From the NCBI GenBank assembly GCA_030704615.1, contig CM060731.1:12648001-12712000 (forward strand): a stretch of DNA of 64,000 bases, in the 5' to 3' direction. The position numbers were made by a program, and so were the translations under genes. This document shows positions 43,888-56,164 of this stretch, one piece after another. The notes under the pieces were generated by a model. The model worked only from the letters and a program-made list of their open reading frames with translations. It did not search any database and had not been told where the DNA came from. Each line of letters opens with the position of its first letter. Position 1 is the first letter of the stretch. Source of the DNA: Takakia lepidozioides. Lineage: Eukaryota > Plantae > Bryophyta.

Positions 43888-46551
43888 ATGGTGAGGGGAA
43901 TGATTGATTGTTGTGGAGGCAGGGATATTGCTGAAGGAGGCAGGAATGGAGTGTGGGTGCAGATCTATTCTAGAGCACCAGATTTCAAGGACAAGATTAT
44001 CAATCAGGCATTTTGGATTGATAGCTACAAGATACATGCATGGTTGGATGGTCGATTAGAAGCAGACACCTCCGCTATGAGTATGTCTTTTGAAAGAGGA
44101 CCAAGAGGAGTCCACAGTAACTCTTCAGGCACTTGTGCGGCTATCAGGACACTCTGTAAGGCGGGACAGATGGAAGAGGCATTGCACATTTTGAACCAAG
44201 GAGGCATTCTGGTAGACCGCAAGACTTACGTCTATCTCTTGCAGGAATGCATCAAGATGAAAGGCCTAGCAGAGGGGAAGCAGGTACACACCCACATCAT
44301 CCAAAGTGGATTAAAGCCAAATATATTTCTACATAACATTCTCATCAACATGTATGCCAAGTGTGGGAGCGTCATGGATGCACGTCTAGTATTTGACAAA
44401 ATGCTTGAACGAGATATTTTTACGTGGAACATAATGATGGCTGGATATACCAAGCATGGGTATGGCAGGGAAGCTTTGAAGGTCTATGAGCAAATGATAT
44501 GGGAAGGTATGTCACCTGACGGGGTCACATTTGTCAGTGCTCTTAAGGCGTGTGCCAGCCTAGGAGCCCTGGAGAAGGGCAAACAGGTCCATGCTGACAT
44601 CATGAAAGCTAGAATTGCACCAGATATCATTCTGGACACTGCCCTTGTTGCCATGTATGCCAAATGTGGGAACCTAGAAGATGCACGTCAAGTTTTCGAC
44701 AAGATGACTCAACGAAATGTGGTTTCATGGAATGCAATGATTGCAGCATATGCTCAACATGGATGTGGTAGGCAGGCTTTAGAAATATATGAGGCCATGA
44801 TGCAGGTAGGGGTGAGGCCCAACCAGGTCACGTTCGTTTGCGTTCTAAATGCCTGTGCCAGCCTGGCAGCCCTGGAAAAGGGCAGAGAGATCCACGCTCA
44901 CATCATCAAAGCTGGAGTTGAGCCAGGTATCATTCTGGATAATGCCCTGGTCGACATGTATGCCAAATGTGGGAACATCAGGAATGCACGGCAAGTCTTC
45001 GACAGTATGGCTGAACGAGATTGTGTCTCATGGAATACGATGATGACAGCATATGCTCAGCATGGGTGCGGTAAGGAGGCTTTGGAGACCTATGAGCAGA
45101 TGAAACAGGAAGGGGGGACACCCAACCAGGTCACGTTCGTTTGCATTCTTCAAGCTTGCGCAAGCCTGGCAGCTCTGGAGAAGGGCAAATCGGTCCATGC
45201 TGACATCATCAAAGCTGGAATTGCATCAAATATCATTCTGGACACTACCCTCGTTGTCATGTATGCCAAATGCAGGAGCATGAAGGATGCAAATCACGTC
45301 TTTGGCAATATGGCTCAACAAGATATAATCTCATGGAGTGCGATGGTCGCAGGATATGCCCAGTGTGGGTCTGGTAGGGAGGCTTTGGAGACCTACGAGG
45401 TAATGATACGAACAGGGGTGACACCCAACCAAGTCACGTTCGTAGGTGCTCTCAATGCATGTGCCAACCTGGCAGCCTTGGAGAAGGGCATGGAGATTCA
45501 TGCTGACATCATCAAAGCTGGAATTGAGGACAATATCATTCTGGACACTGCCCTTGTCGATATGTATGCCAAATGTGGGGACATGAAGGATGCATGTAGA
45601 GTTTTCAACAATATAACTGAACGAGATGTTGTCTCATGGAATACGATCATTGCAGGATATGCACAGAGTGGGTGTGGTTGGGGGGCCCTGGATTTATTTG
45701 AACAAATGCGACGGGAAGGGTTGAAGCCGAATGGTATCACTTTTATATGTGTTCTCTCTGCATGCAGCCATGTAGGGCTAGTGGATGAAGGCAGACACTA
45801 CTTTGATTGCCTGAGTCGAGTTCATGGCCTCACTCCTACAGAGAAGCATTTTGGCTGCATGGTGGACCTTTTTGGCCGTGCAGGACAATTGGATGAGGCA
45901 GAGACATTCATCAACAAAATGCCAATCGAACCTGGTCTGCCTGTGTGGGGGGCCTTGCTTGGTGCCTGCAGAATTCATGGCAATGTGGAGGTGGCAGAAC
46001 GTGCGGCAAAATGCCTTCTTGAGTGGGATGCACAGGATGCTGCAACTTATGTGCTTCTATCAAACATCTATGCTGCAGCTGGTAGGTGGGATGATGCTGC
46101 AAAGGTGAGAAAAATGATGAAGGTCAGAGGTGTCAGAAAGGAGCAAGGTTGCAGCTGCACTGAGATTGGAAACAGGGTCCATACCTTTGTTGTAGATGAC
46201 AAATTGCATCCCCAAATTGAGGAAATCCATGCTGAGCTGAAAAGATTGTCTGGGCAGATGAAGGCAGCCAGGTATGTTCCTGACACGCGCTTTATATTGC
46301 ATGATGTGGAGGAGGAGCAGAAGGAGTTGTCTCTTTGCCACCACAGCGAGAAGCTGGCCATTGCTTTTGGTCTCATCAGCACTCCCCCTGGGACACCTCT
46401 CCGTGTCATCAAAAACCTGCGGGTGTGTGGTGACTGCCACGTGGCCACCAAATTCATCTCAAAGATTGTTGGGCGAGCAATCGTTGTACGGGATGGCAAC
46501 CGCTTTCACCACTTCCAAGACGGTGTTTGCTCTTGTGGGGACTATTGGTGA
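43888..46551 (+). CDS. PLS-class PPR protein with E1-E2-DYW domain (organellar C-to-U RNA editing factor); true start may lie in an upstream exon
   Basis: Five regular L-S-P triplets followed by L2-S2 and E motifs. DYW deaminase HSEKLA..CGDCH..CSCGDYW*. Confidence 0.96.
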   Translation: MVRGMIDCCGGRDIAEGGRNGVWVQIYSRAPDFKDKIINQAFWIDSYKIHAWLDGRLEADTSAMSMSFERGPRGVHSNSSGTCAAIRTLCKAGQMEEALHILNQGGILVDRKTYVYLLQECIKMKGLAEGKQVHTHIIQSGLKPNIFLHNILINMYAKCGSVMDARLVFDKMLERDIFTWNIMMAGYTKHGYGREALKVYEQMIWEGMSPDGVTFVSALKACASLGALEKGKQVHADIMKARIAPDIILDTALVAMYAKCGNLEDARQVFDKMTQRNVVSWNAMIAAYAQHGCGRQALEIYEAMMQVGVRPNQVTFVCVLNACASLAALEKGREIHAHIIKAGVEPGIILDNALVDMYAKCGNIRNARQVFDSMAERDCVSWNTMMTAYAQHGCGKEALETYEQMKQEGGTPNQVTFVCILQACASLAALEKGKSVHADIIKAGIASNIILDTTLVVMYAKCRSMKDANHVFGNMAQQDIISWSAMVAGYAQCGSGREALETYEVMIRTGVTPNQVTFVGALNACANLAALEKGMEIHADIIKAGIEDNIILDTALVDMYAKCGDMKDACRVFNNITERDVVSWNTIIAGYAQSGCGWGALDLFEQMRREGLKPNGITFICVLSACSHVGLVDEGRHYFDCLSRVHGLTPTEKHFGCMVDLFGRAGQLDEAETFINKMPIEPGLPVWGALLGACRIHGNVEVAERAAKCLLEWDAQDAATYVLLSNIYAAAGRWDDAAKVRKMMKVRGVRKEQGCSCTEIGNRVHTFVVDDKLHPQIEEIHAELKRLSGQMKAARYVPDTRFILHDVEEEQKELSLCHHSEKLAIAFGLISTPPGTPLRVIKNLRVCGDCHVATKFISKIVGRAIVVRDGNRFHHFQDGVCSCGDYW

Positions 46552-46699
46552 AACCAGGAACATGTGGGAAAACAAGTGAGTCACTCAAACCTGGGCATGC
46601 AAACTTGACATGTCTATATTCAATGTTGCATATGCAATGTTCAGTACTACATTAAAGGACACACTTTTTTAAGGAACAGTAGGCATCAAGTAAATCTGA

Positions 46700-46841
46700 A
46701 CTTTCCAAGATGGAGTTTGCTCTTGTGGGGACTACTCGTGAAACCAGGAACATACGGGAAGAAAAATGAGTCACTTCAAACCTGCGTGTCCAAAACTTGA
46801 TTTGTCTATATTCAATGTGTCATTGTATGCGACGTTCAGTA
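46700..46841 (+). repeat. Tandem duplicate of the DYW terminus and proximal 3' UTR (46511-46647)
   Basis: TTCCAAGATGGAGTTTGCTCTTGTGGGGACTACTCGTGAAACCAGGAACA; the copy ends ..GDYS*. Confidence 0.85.
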
Positions 46842-48137
46842 CCAGCCTGTTGGCAATCATTTCAGAGTGTAGAGGACTGGATCGTATAGGCTTATTCGCT
46901 GCATGGAAAAGCAAGTTTCCGTGAAGGAAACTAGAATGACTCCAAAATCTAAATCCTGAGGCAAGGTATCTTTGGAAACGGGTAGAGTCAGCTGTGTGTA
47001 TGAAGCTGATCATGAAGATGGAGCACAACTTCAAGGTTTTTCCTCCTCTCTAAATTCATCTTACAAAGTTAATTAAATGCTTTCAATTGCAGCAGTTTAG
47101 AAGGAACTACAGAGGAAGGCACGATTCTGTAAGGTGTCTAGTCAATGAGATCTAGATGTGATTGAATGATTGTCTTGCAAACTACATGGGCTATGACTGT
47201 CGGAGGTTAGAAGGCAGCAGCTTCATGTTGAGGGGATCGACGCTTTCACTCCTTTGCTGGCTTCCAGTGCATATGGAGGAAACTGGTGCTTTGAGTCGAC
47301 TGGTTAAATGTGGTAATATTGAATGGGAGCCTTCCAGCTCCTCTCCTGTCACCCTGGATGCCTTCTACCAAGATGGAAGGAACCGGATGGATCTTCTAGA
47401 TTTGGCAGTGCGTGAATAGCATCCAGACATGGGAAATATTGCAATGAAGAGAAAAAAAGGGGACACGAACATTTTCAATTTCAAGTTTGGTGAGTAGCAG
47501 TCAGAGGGGTGATGATATAACCTATAGTTTTGTCCTTTCTAATCCCGACCTATAAGAGTTTTCCATGCTCTTGGAGGGTGATCCGGGGTTCAATCCTTCA
47601 ACATGTGCCTTCAACTGTCCACTGGCCCTTCGACGGCCATAAATTTACTGGACAGTAAAATAAACTCTTACTTCCACTTCTACAAATCGCCATAGGTACA
47701 CAATGGCAGATTGGAATTTGAACACCAAATTTATTCTTATTTAGAAAAGAACAAATTGTTATTGTTTACTATTTTCGGAAAAAAGATAAACACTTAATCA
47801 CACCCCTTAATTATATTGAGAGGAGAAAATACCTGTTAACAGCATATATGTATTTTTAATAATAGAATATATATAGAGTTTTTATTTTAGAATATTGCAT
47901 GTATCTTTTCAAACTACAAATGTCTGAAGCAATTCTGAATAGTAAGTTATAGGCACTTTTAAAGTGCCAAAGTTTGAAGGCTTTTTGAGCTTTTGCCAGG
48001 TTGCAACACCAACTTTAGATTTGAACCAATTCCTTGATTCAGTGGGGTGGTTGGTAAACAGTTGGGTGTTGAAAGGTGTCTCACAACATGCTAGATTCGG
48101 TTCATAGTATGGAAGTTGAAGAAAACAAGATCAAACA

Positions 48138-49545
48138 ATGTCTGAAGGAGGAGCGCAGGAGTCTCCTTCGGCAATGCCAGAGAATTCAGAAAAAGAAAGA
48201 AGGATCCTAAGAACACTAGAACATAAAAGTGAAATAGAAAGAGGGAGGGAGCCAAGGAGTCCAAGAGGTGTTAGAATTGAAGAAACACAAACAGGAAAAG
48301 AGGAAGAAATACGTCACATTGTCGAGAGGAGTCCAAGAGGGAGAGAGAAAAGTGCACCTACCGACTGGAGCCCAAGAGTGAGAGAGAAGAGTCCAACTCC
48401 ATATGTGAGTAAAGAGTATAACTCCCCAATTGGGTATCCTCGAGAATAGTTTATATACAATGGAAGGAAGTTGTCTTGCAGAGAGTGCTCTATTTTTGGA
48501 TCCCATTGCCCAAGATGAGATCCGACCAGAAGTTGAAAGAGAGGTTCCTATTGAAAGTGTATCTCAGCTCCTTCAAAATTCTGTTCAAATTGCAAGTGAC
48601 ACGGAGGAAATTGGGAATCTTATTAGATTTATGGTGTCGGAAGCAAACTTGGCAGTAGAGGGGTCACCCGGAGGCGCATCAAAATTGAAAGAGATCGATA
48701 TGAAAAATCCAAAGACAGAAATTAAAGACAACTCAGAACTTCAAGAAAAAATGGAAGTACTCTCTAGCAATTACTCTCAAATTGCACGCCAAAACCAAAT
48801 TTTAGAAGTTAATCTCGAAGATTTGACAGAGAAGGTCAGAAAAATTGAAGTAGAGGTTGATAAACAAGAAAGACAAATCGATAAGGCTGAGGATCAACAA
48901 GTTGAACAAGAGAGGATGTTGTTGTCACCAATGCGCAAAATCCATCTTCGTCAATTTCATGACCATGTTCGGGAGATGATCTCCAAAAAATTGGTGCACA
49001 CTCCTCTCCATACACAACATCATAGGGACTTGAAATCACAGATTCAACAACTCGGAACAAATGTGCGGTTTGGACTTGAACATTACTTTGATTGTGAGTT
49101 GTGGAAGTTTATACAAGAGGCACAGAATGTCGCACCTAAATATTTCTCAAAGAGCGTTTTATGGAACAAATTTGTGGATGAAATCCTTCAAGATGACAAG
49201 ATTGTAGCACAGTTAGGCTTGTCTGTGGAATCCATCTTGCTTACACGATATAGTAGAGGTCATGATCAAGAAGACGAATCTGTTGGTGTGCACTTAAAAC
49301 ACAAATATATATTTGCCGAAGTTGTTACCCGCCAAGATGAAGAGAAAAAACCCTACTACACTGAACTCTATGACTTTATCTACAAGATTCATCCCCAGAG
49401 CTTAAAATCTAAGGTGACAATACCTTACCTTCTGTTCTTTTTGTCTAATATCATCACAAATATACAAGTTACTTTCATAGAGAAATATTTTAAGAGAAAT
49501 TATCAATTAGACTTACAACACATGACCTTGAACGGTTTTCTATGA
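48138..49545 (+). other. Intronless, frameshifted coiled-coil ORF of unknown function, probably TE-derived (gag/ORF1-like)
   Basis: Overlapping ORFs 48138-48449 and 48430-49545. RSP-rich N-terminus, heptad-rich middle, AT-rich non-host-like context. Confidence 0.4.
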
Positions 49546-51450
49546 AGAATTAAGGAATACCAGCCAATGTTGGCCAGATATTGATGCAAACATATACATA
49601 CCTTCCCATGATCCAATTGGGTATTTATGAAATTTATTTGTATTTCAAATACCAAGGGGTCTCGTATTGGGAGGTATAACAATATTAGATTCTTTCATGT
49701 TGTGGATAATAGGTGGTATAATATAGTTTGAATGCAAGCTGCATAAGTTGCAAAAGATTAAAATTGTTATAAGAAGCTACAATTGTAAAGACTATCGAAC
49801 AACAACTGATCAACTCCGACTACATGCATAAACGTAAATTCATAATTAGCAGTAATATTAATAATGTGAATAATCTTGTTGCAGCTAAATCAAGATATAT
49901 GCAATTAGTACCAATGACTTCGCTCTGTTTCTCTCTAGTGTACTATATTCAAGAATCTACTTATATACATGTATAATTTACTCTGTATATTCCAATATTC
50001 TTAAAACTTTCAGTGATGTGTTTTTGTAAGTATAAAATTTAGTGAGTCTCCTGCAAAGGTCCCCCCTTTTTTTCCTCTGTTCTTTCTCTGTTTTGCCATT
50101 TGGGCAAAGTTACAACAATAAATAATATTCTGACCTTTGGAATAAAGATTGATTAAAATGATCTTGATAACTTGATAAAATGAAATCCAAATGTGCAGAT
50201 TGAAACAAATGATGAAGAGATTAAGACACTCCCAACTGAAATAGAGGAGAAAACTTAAGATTCTCTCCAAAAAAAGAAACAGAGAAAATTCCAAAAACAT
50301 AACTTTTCATCCATCATTTCCAATGTCGAATATCAATATTTTTATATCACACAGTCTCTAAGTAGAGAAGGAGAAGACCATAGCCCTCATAACTAAGAGT
50401 CACTTCACCTTGTGGCTACTGCCCCAGCTCTATTACAGTCTAGTATTTCAATGATGGGACGGAGTCAGTACAAGCTAAACTAACTTGTTTTTATTGTGCT
50501 AATTATCATTAATATTTATTGTCCTACTTTTAATAGTTATTGTAAGTTGTGACATAAATATATCATATTAGTTAAAACCATTATATTTAAATAATGATGC
50601 ATACAAAATTAAATATTTATGGATGTTTATTTATTTTTAATATATGTTATAATATTAATCAAGTCATTGGAAAAATTCAATCATTCAATGCAGAAGTCCT
50701 TTCAATCCCACCATGGAACTTACTTCTCTATTTCTACCAAGTAAAGCACTCGATCTTAAACATTTTGCTTGAAATATCAACCTTGCTTCATAAAGTGACT
50801 CAGATTGACAGTTTATCTAGTTGTATCTACGGTGACAAAGAAGCTCTTCAGAAAACCAAAAAGAAAAAAAAGATTAATTACCCTACATATGCATAGATTC
50901 ATCTGCAGCAACAAAGGCTTCCCCAACATCATGACTTCTAGAGTATGCTGAGAAAACTGTCATTGAAATAAATGGCCAAACCCCTAAAAAAAAAGCAAAA
51001 AAAAGAAAAAAAAAACCCCATTCTCTCCATGGACGGTAATCCATAAATGTGGTGTTCAAAATTTTAAAGAACAAAATGTGAACACATTTTCAAAAAATAT
51101 TACAGTCATAGTTATTTCTTATACATTCACCTCATCTGGGTTATTATACACAAGTCCTGAAATGAGGCATATTTTCCCCCTCAAGGTAGGCCCAATTGCT
51201 GGCCTGGGGTGGTGTTTCCTTAGAAACCAAAAAGAAAGGAAAAGAAAGAATCATGAGCTTCACTATGAACAACAGAGAGAGCATGCCTGCTATGGTGGTA
51301 CTCCTGTTGAGGATGGATATGGTGCAAGTCACTCCTTTTTCTTACTTTGGATTGCTCTATCGTGGGGTTCATTCTGGCTTGCAATATGTGAAACACTAGG
51401 GTGATAGTAGAGAGAGAGAATGCGATGTTGAGGACTTATGATTTGTGTAA

Positions 51451-51910
51451 TTAGCTTGTGAGAAGCACCTTTCCTCCAGCCCGACCAGCTTCCTCGGACC
51501 TTCTTATGGCGGTTTTGAAATGAGCAAGATCAAACTTTTCCCTTGCAAGAGGCTGAATAATCTTAGCATCCAGCAGCTTGGAGACCTCGTTACTGAAGGT
51601 GTCAATGAAGCTCTGAGGCTTGTCATCAATGTCAAAGTGATCGAAGATACTCCATCCTGTCAGATGAACCGGCTTGAGCAGGTCTAGGTTGCCAACTACA
51701 GCATCGTGACTTGCCAGCCTTCCATACATGAATACCTGACCTCCGGATCTCACACTTGTACACACCTTCTTGGTGAGCTCCCCACCAACAGCATCCAGAG
51801 CTCCATACACAAGCCTGTTCCCTGTGATCTCCCTCACCCTTGCTACTACATCTTCATCACTGGAGCTTATGACCTCATCAGAAACTAGAGCCTTGAGCTC
51901 CTCCTTTTGT
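51451..51910 (-). pseudogene. C-terminal half of an MDR-family oxidoreductase (quinone oxidoreductase/enoyl reductase-like), 5'-truncated by TE-like DNA
   Basis: QKEELKAL..DEVI..EDVVARVREITG..ALDAVGG..GGQVFMYG..GGKVLL*. Upstream of 51910 the sequence becomes non-homologous and rich in GATCCAACGG. Confidence 0.75.
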
Positions 51911-54350
51911 TTGCTGTTGAAACCATTGGATCTCCAAATCCAACGAATCGTGGGGTGGCTGCCCTGCGTGGCGCTGCAACTGTTGGATTTTGAAGATCCA
52001 ACGGACGCGGGGTCGGTGGATTTTTTTATTTTTTTTGTTTGTTGGTTTGTCCGAGCCGTTGGATCTTGACGATCCAACGGCGCACGTACCGCACAGCAAA
52101 GGGGACGAGAGGAGGATGGAGAAGAGCTGCGACGGGATAGCAATCTGTGAGAGGGGAGCTGCTGCGAGGTGTTGCGAGGGAGAGGGCAGAGCAACAGGGG
52201 CGAGCAGCGCGGCGGGGGGAGAGAGGGAGCTGGAGTGGGAGCTGGAAGGCAGGCTACCTGAGACATCTGTGCACGGGGGAGGATGACGTGCGGGCTCAGA
52301 GATAATTGCATATTTATTTCTTCTCAACTTTTGTTTGATGTTCTTAGGTGGGATTTCTGCCCTGAGAGAAAGAGAGAAGGAGGGAGAGGGGAGTAAAGGA
52401 GGGAGTCTTGACATTGAATGTTGGTAAACAAAGATGTAAGCACACCCTTGACATGAATATTGATGAGATATCTCATCCTAGGCTTAATATAGCCGGCTAT
52501 CGCATCGCAATGCTCATTGGACCAAACAAAAGCAAAAGCAAATCAACAAACAGATCAACAAGCATAGGAACAAACTGAAACAACATAACAACAACAAACA
52601 TGCAAAACAAAATAAGCCAGAGCGAGCCAGAGAGAATCACATTGAACCTGAGAGAAACAGTTAACAAAAAGATTACCTGCTGGATGCCTGAGCCATATTG
52701 GTGCCTCTGTTGATGACCTGAAACGCTTGACCCTTAAGCTTCCACCGCTTTGCTCCCCCATCCGCTCTGCTTCCCTCCCGTCTCCTGTCTGCACTTGAAT
52801 CCGATGTCTGCTCCGCTTCCCTCCGGTGCACTGTCACGCTCCACTGAACTGCACGCTCTCTTCTCTCTGCTCTCACAACACGCTCTCTGCTCTTCACTCT
52901 CTCCCCTCTACAAAACTGTCTCTTTTCTAGCGCTCGTCTCTCTTACCACTTCCGCAGCACTTTCGCATACACAATGGAGTGCCGAAAGGGTGGGCTGAAC
53001 GAGCGCATCCCTTATATGGTGCGGTCGCAGAGGATCTGAACCATCGCGTCCTTTCGAAATCGAACGGTCGAGCGTGTTCCATCCAACATCCATGCAAATA
53101 TCATCCAATTCATCATTTCCATTCTGTCCATCCATTTGACGAATGATTAGATGAAATGAAAAAAATGATGAATGAACGAGAAAATATGACTTTAATGATC
53201 CATTGCACTGGATCAACAATTATAACCCCGCGGGAAATTTCCCACACCCCACACATGACGATAAATGATTTATCGTACAAGTCAGATCCTAATGCGGCGT
53301 TTTACCGCTTGGAATTATTGCTCCTGACAATGTCTACATTCGGCGGATGAAGGCGTGGAATATTTCCTCTCTCACTCATTTACGCCCGCCGCATTTTCTT
53401 CCGATTGTCATAGCCGCACGATTTCATGAAACGCTTATCAACGGCGTCAGGCCTTGATCCACGAGGACAACATTGAATGCGAAATACATACTACTTTATA
53501 AGCATGAGTACAAAACCATTGAACCACCGTTATCGTTCTGGCATCATAATTGTGACATAGGGTTCTACCAGTAAATGATACTCATTTCTGAAATGGCTCA
53601 AAGAGTGCACTCCTGCACCCGCCAGAACCGTTCGATTGTGGCGATATCGGATATCAACGTTGGCGCCGGAAATTGATCCGCAAGACAATGTATCGCACTA
53701 TCCCATTGGAGGGGTTCCAGCGGGCAACTAAGGTCTGACACTGTTCAAACTTCTATCTCCATACCTCTCACTTGCAGATTGTGTTTCCCGCACCTCTCTG
53801 GTCATCTCCCACCTCACTGCCCATAGTACACCTCTCTAAGCATCTTGAACCTCTGTGGCCAACGAAGGTGTACCTCTCTGAATTTCCATAATCTCTCGTG
53901 TGAACTGCATTTTCTCCCATAAGAAATGTTATGACATCTGTGTGTTTTCGATAGTCTACAGGAAAATCTACTTATTTCTCATCTGCACGTTTAGAAATTA
54001 CAGTCCAATACTCTCATTTCGCTGTATTTGTCCATCTCTCTAATTTCTGTATTTCGTCATCCCTCAAGTCGTGGACCTCCACTGGACAGTTGCGTCAATG
54101 CTGATCACATTCATCCGTCATTACAATTATTCATCTACGTAACCATATTCATCCACTAGTATTCATCCGTCCGACTTTTTTCATCTGTATCTCATCCAAC
54201 CTCCACTGTACAGTGGAGGTTATATAATTAGACTTCATCTTCCCATTACATGTTCCAGACCAAACAATAATTCCATTTCTATTCTACTTCTCTGAAACGT
54301 TCTTACGCAAGGGTATTTCCTTTTTTTGTATTGATTCATCTCTGAATACC

Positions 54351-55832
54351 TGGGATGAGCTTTTTAAAGATCCTTCACAATGGTGGGACAACCACGATGG
54401 CAAGGTGTGGCTTTCTTAGTATACGATGTGAAGAAGTTTGTCCATTACTCATACTGAAAACTTCTGTGAGTAAGGTTGTTACGGAGGGGTTTTCAGTTTC
54501 TTGAACCTCGCGTGTGCAGTGGAGGTTCCGGTGATCATGAGCTTAGAGACAGGTCAAAGAGTGTTTCTTACTCTTCTCGGGTCTTCATCTCCAGTAGCAA
54601 CTGGGGACTGCCTTAATGTCTCCGGGGTTGAGACCTGTCATGGACACCAATTGTCTTCCTCAACAATTTCAGTGGTTTCTTGTGATGAAGCACACTCATT
54701 ATGTCCTCTTCCTTATGGACATATGAATGCACTGATACCTTGAAGGAGGCCATTGGGACCCCGGTGGTGTGGAATGTTGACGAAGTTCATGCGGAGAATA
54801 ACGAGTATGAAGGAGGGCATGACATGAATCCTGATTTTACGCCGGAGACAAGGTATACTGCCGAAAATTCTGACGTCGACGAGGATGAATCAAACCACAG
54901 ACCATTGAAGAGTTCCGAGAATCCGAGCGGAGGACTTGGAAGAAACAACTGGAGAAACTTGCAGTGCGTACTGTTGGGTGATGATGGGGGTGCACTATTC
55001 GAGGGGAGGATTCAAGCTTGCATTCCGGACGAGGTGATCCTCAATGACAAACTAGGAGAGGACAATGTTGGAGTTATTGTCACCGGAATACTTATTGTTG
55101 GATCTGGATCTTTGATGTCTCTTGTAAAATGGCCTTTAATAAAAACACGACTTTTGGAAAGTGAGAGACTACTCTCAAATGATTTGGAGAATTTTATTAG
55201 ATCTTCTGATAGTATCTTGTACGAAGATCACGAGGCAGGTGTGAAGAAAGCGGTGTATCGACATTTTACGAGGAAGAAGAGGGATCAAGATTTGGAACAC
55301 TCCAAAAAAAGAATGAAGAATCTTACTCTGGAGGAAGTCCGGTCCGTGAGCAGCAAACCTTGTTGCTCACTTCACTGCTGTCAATATTTCGATTGGCAAA
55401 AAACCTTGGCTATCCGTACTTCGTTTTGAGGATCCACTTTCGATGAGAGGAGAGAACATGGACTAAATGTTTCAAACGACTTCACATGCTGGAAGGGACC
55501 TCTCGCAGGGCATACGTTACGATTGAGGATGTAGATGTTTGTGAGACTGCGTGGTGGACAATTCATGGAATTGGCAGGTCCACATACATGGAGTACAAAA
55601 AGTTGAGTAAACAGGGTTGGTTGTCAAGTCTCCATGGGAACCGTAGAGTGAAGAGGCAACGCCCACGGACGCTTCAGGCAGAGGGTAACATTATGTCCAT
55701 TATCAACGGAAATACTGACCTCATGCCCCATAAGACAAGATGCATTGAGGAGGGAATGACTCATGAGGGATACTTTGAGAGTCTTACAACCTGAAATGAA
55801 CTGGAAGCGAATACGAGAAGAGTCCAACGAGG
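54351..55832 (+). mobile_element. Degenerate DNA-transposon gene fragment (two TE-associated domains plus a Cys-rich Sola-like transposase N-terminus)
   Basis: VATG..CHG..LPYG..TLKEAIGTPVVW-type domain twice, then CCxxxCC, VCETAWWTIHGIGRST, HGN and DLMPH. Contains stops and frameshifts. Superfamily assignment is tentative. Confidence 0.5.
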
Positions 55833-55944
55833 TATGAAATCTCAATCCTTTAATTTTATTCCTGGAAGTTTTTTCTGATTCAATGTGGATAACCCTCTCT
55901 TCGAATTTGTCTCTTTCGACTGTGGTTCTAGTTTCATCAACGAC

Positions 55945-56164
55945 GCAATGGCGTGAGCGTTGCACGTGAGCGCGCGAGCGTACACTCACGCAGGAGTGAC
56001 GTGGCGTGAGCGTACGCTCACGCCAGCTGACGTGGCGTGAGCGTCATGTCAGCATGCTGATGTGGCGGTAAATGATGACATGGCACTGTCCGTCAACTGC
56101 CACGTCAGCATTAACATGCGCCGCCTATAACCGTGGATGGTCCTATGACCGTGGAATTAATGCA
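55945..56164. repeat. GC-rich subterminal repeats/palindromes and probable TE end
   Basis: Multiple TGACGTGGC/GGCGTGAGCGT units; perfect 24-bp palindrome at 56002-56025; duplicated TAT.ACCGTGGA. Confidence 0.6.

Noticed and set aside
46130-46551. U-to-C (DYW:KP-type) editing factor
   Set aside because: Canonical HSE motif and DYW end; no KP-type signature.
47570-47610. tRNA/SINE (GGTTCAATCC B-box-like)
   Set aside because: No cloverleaf or convincing A-box.
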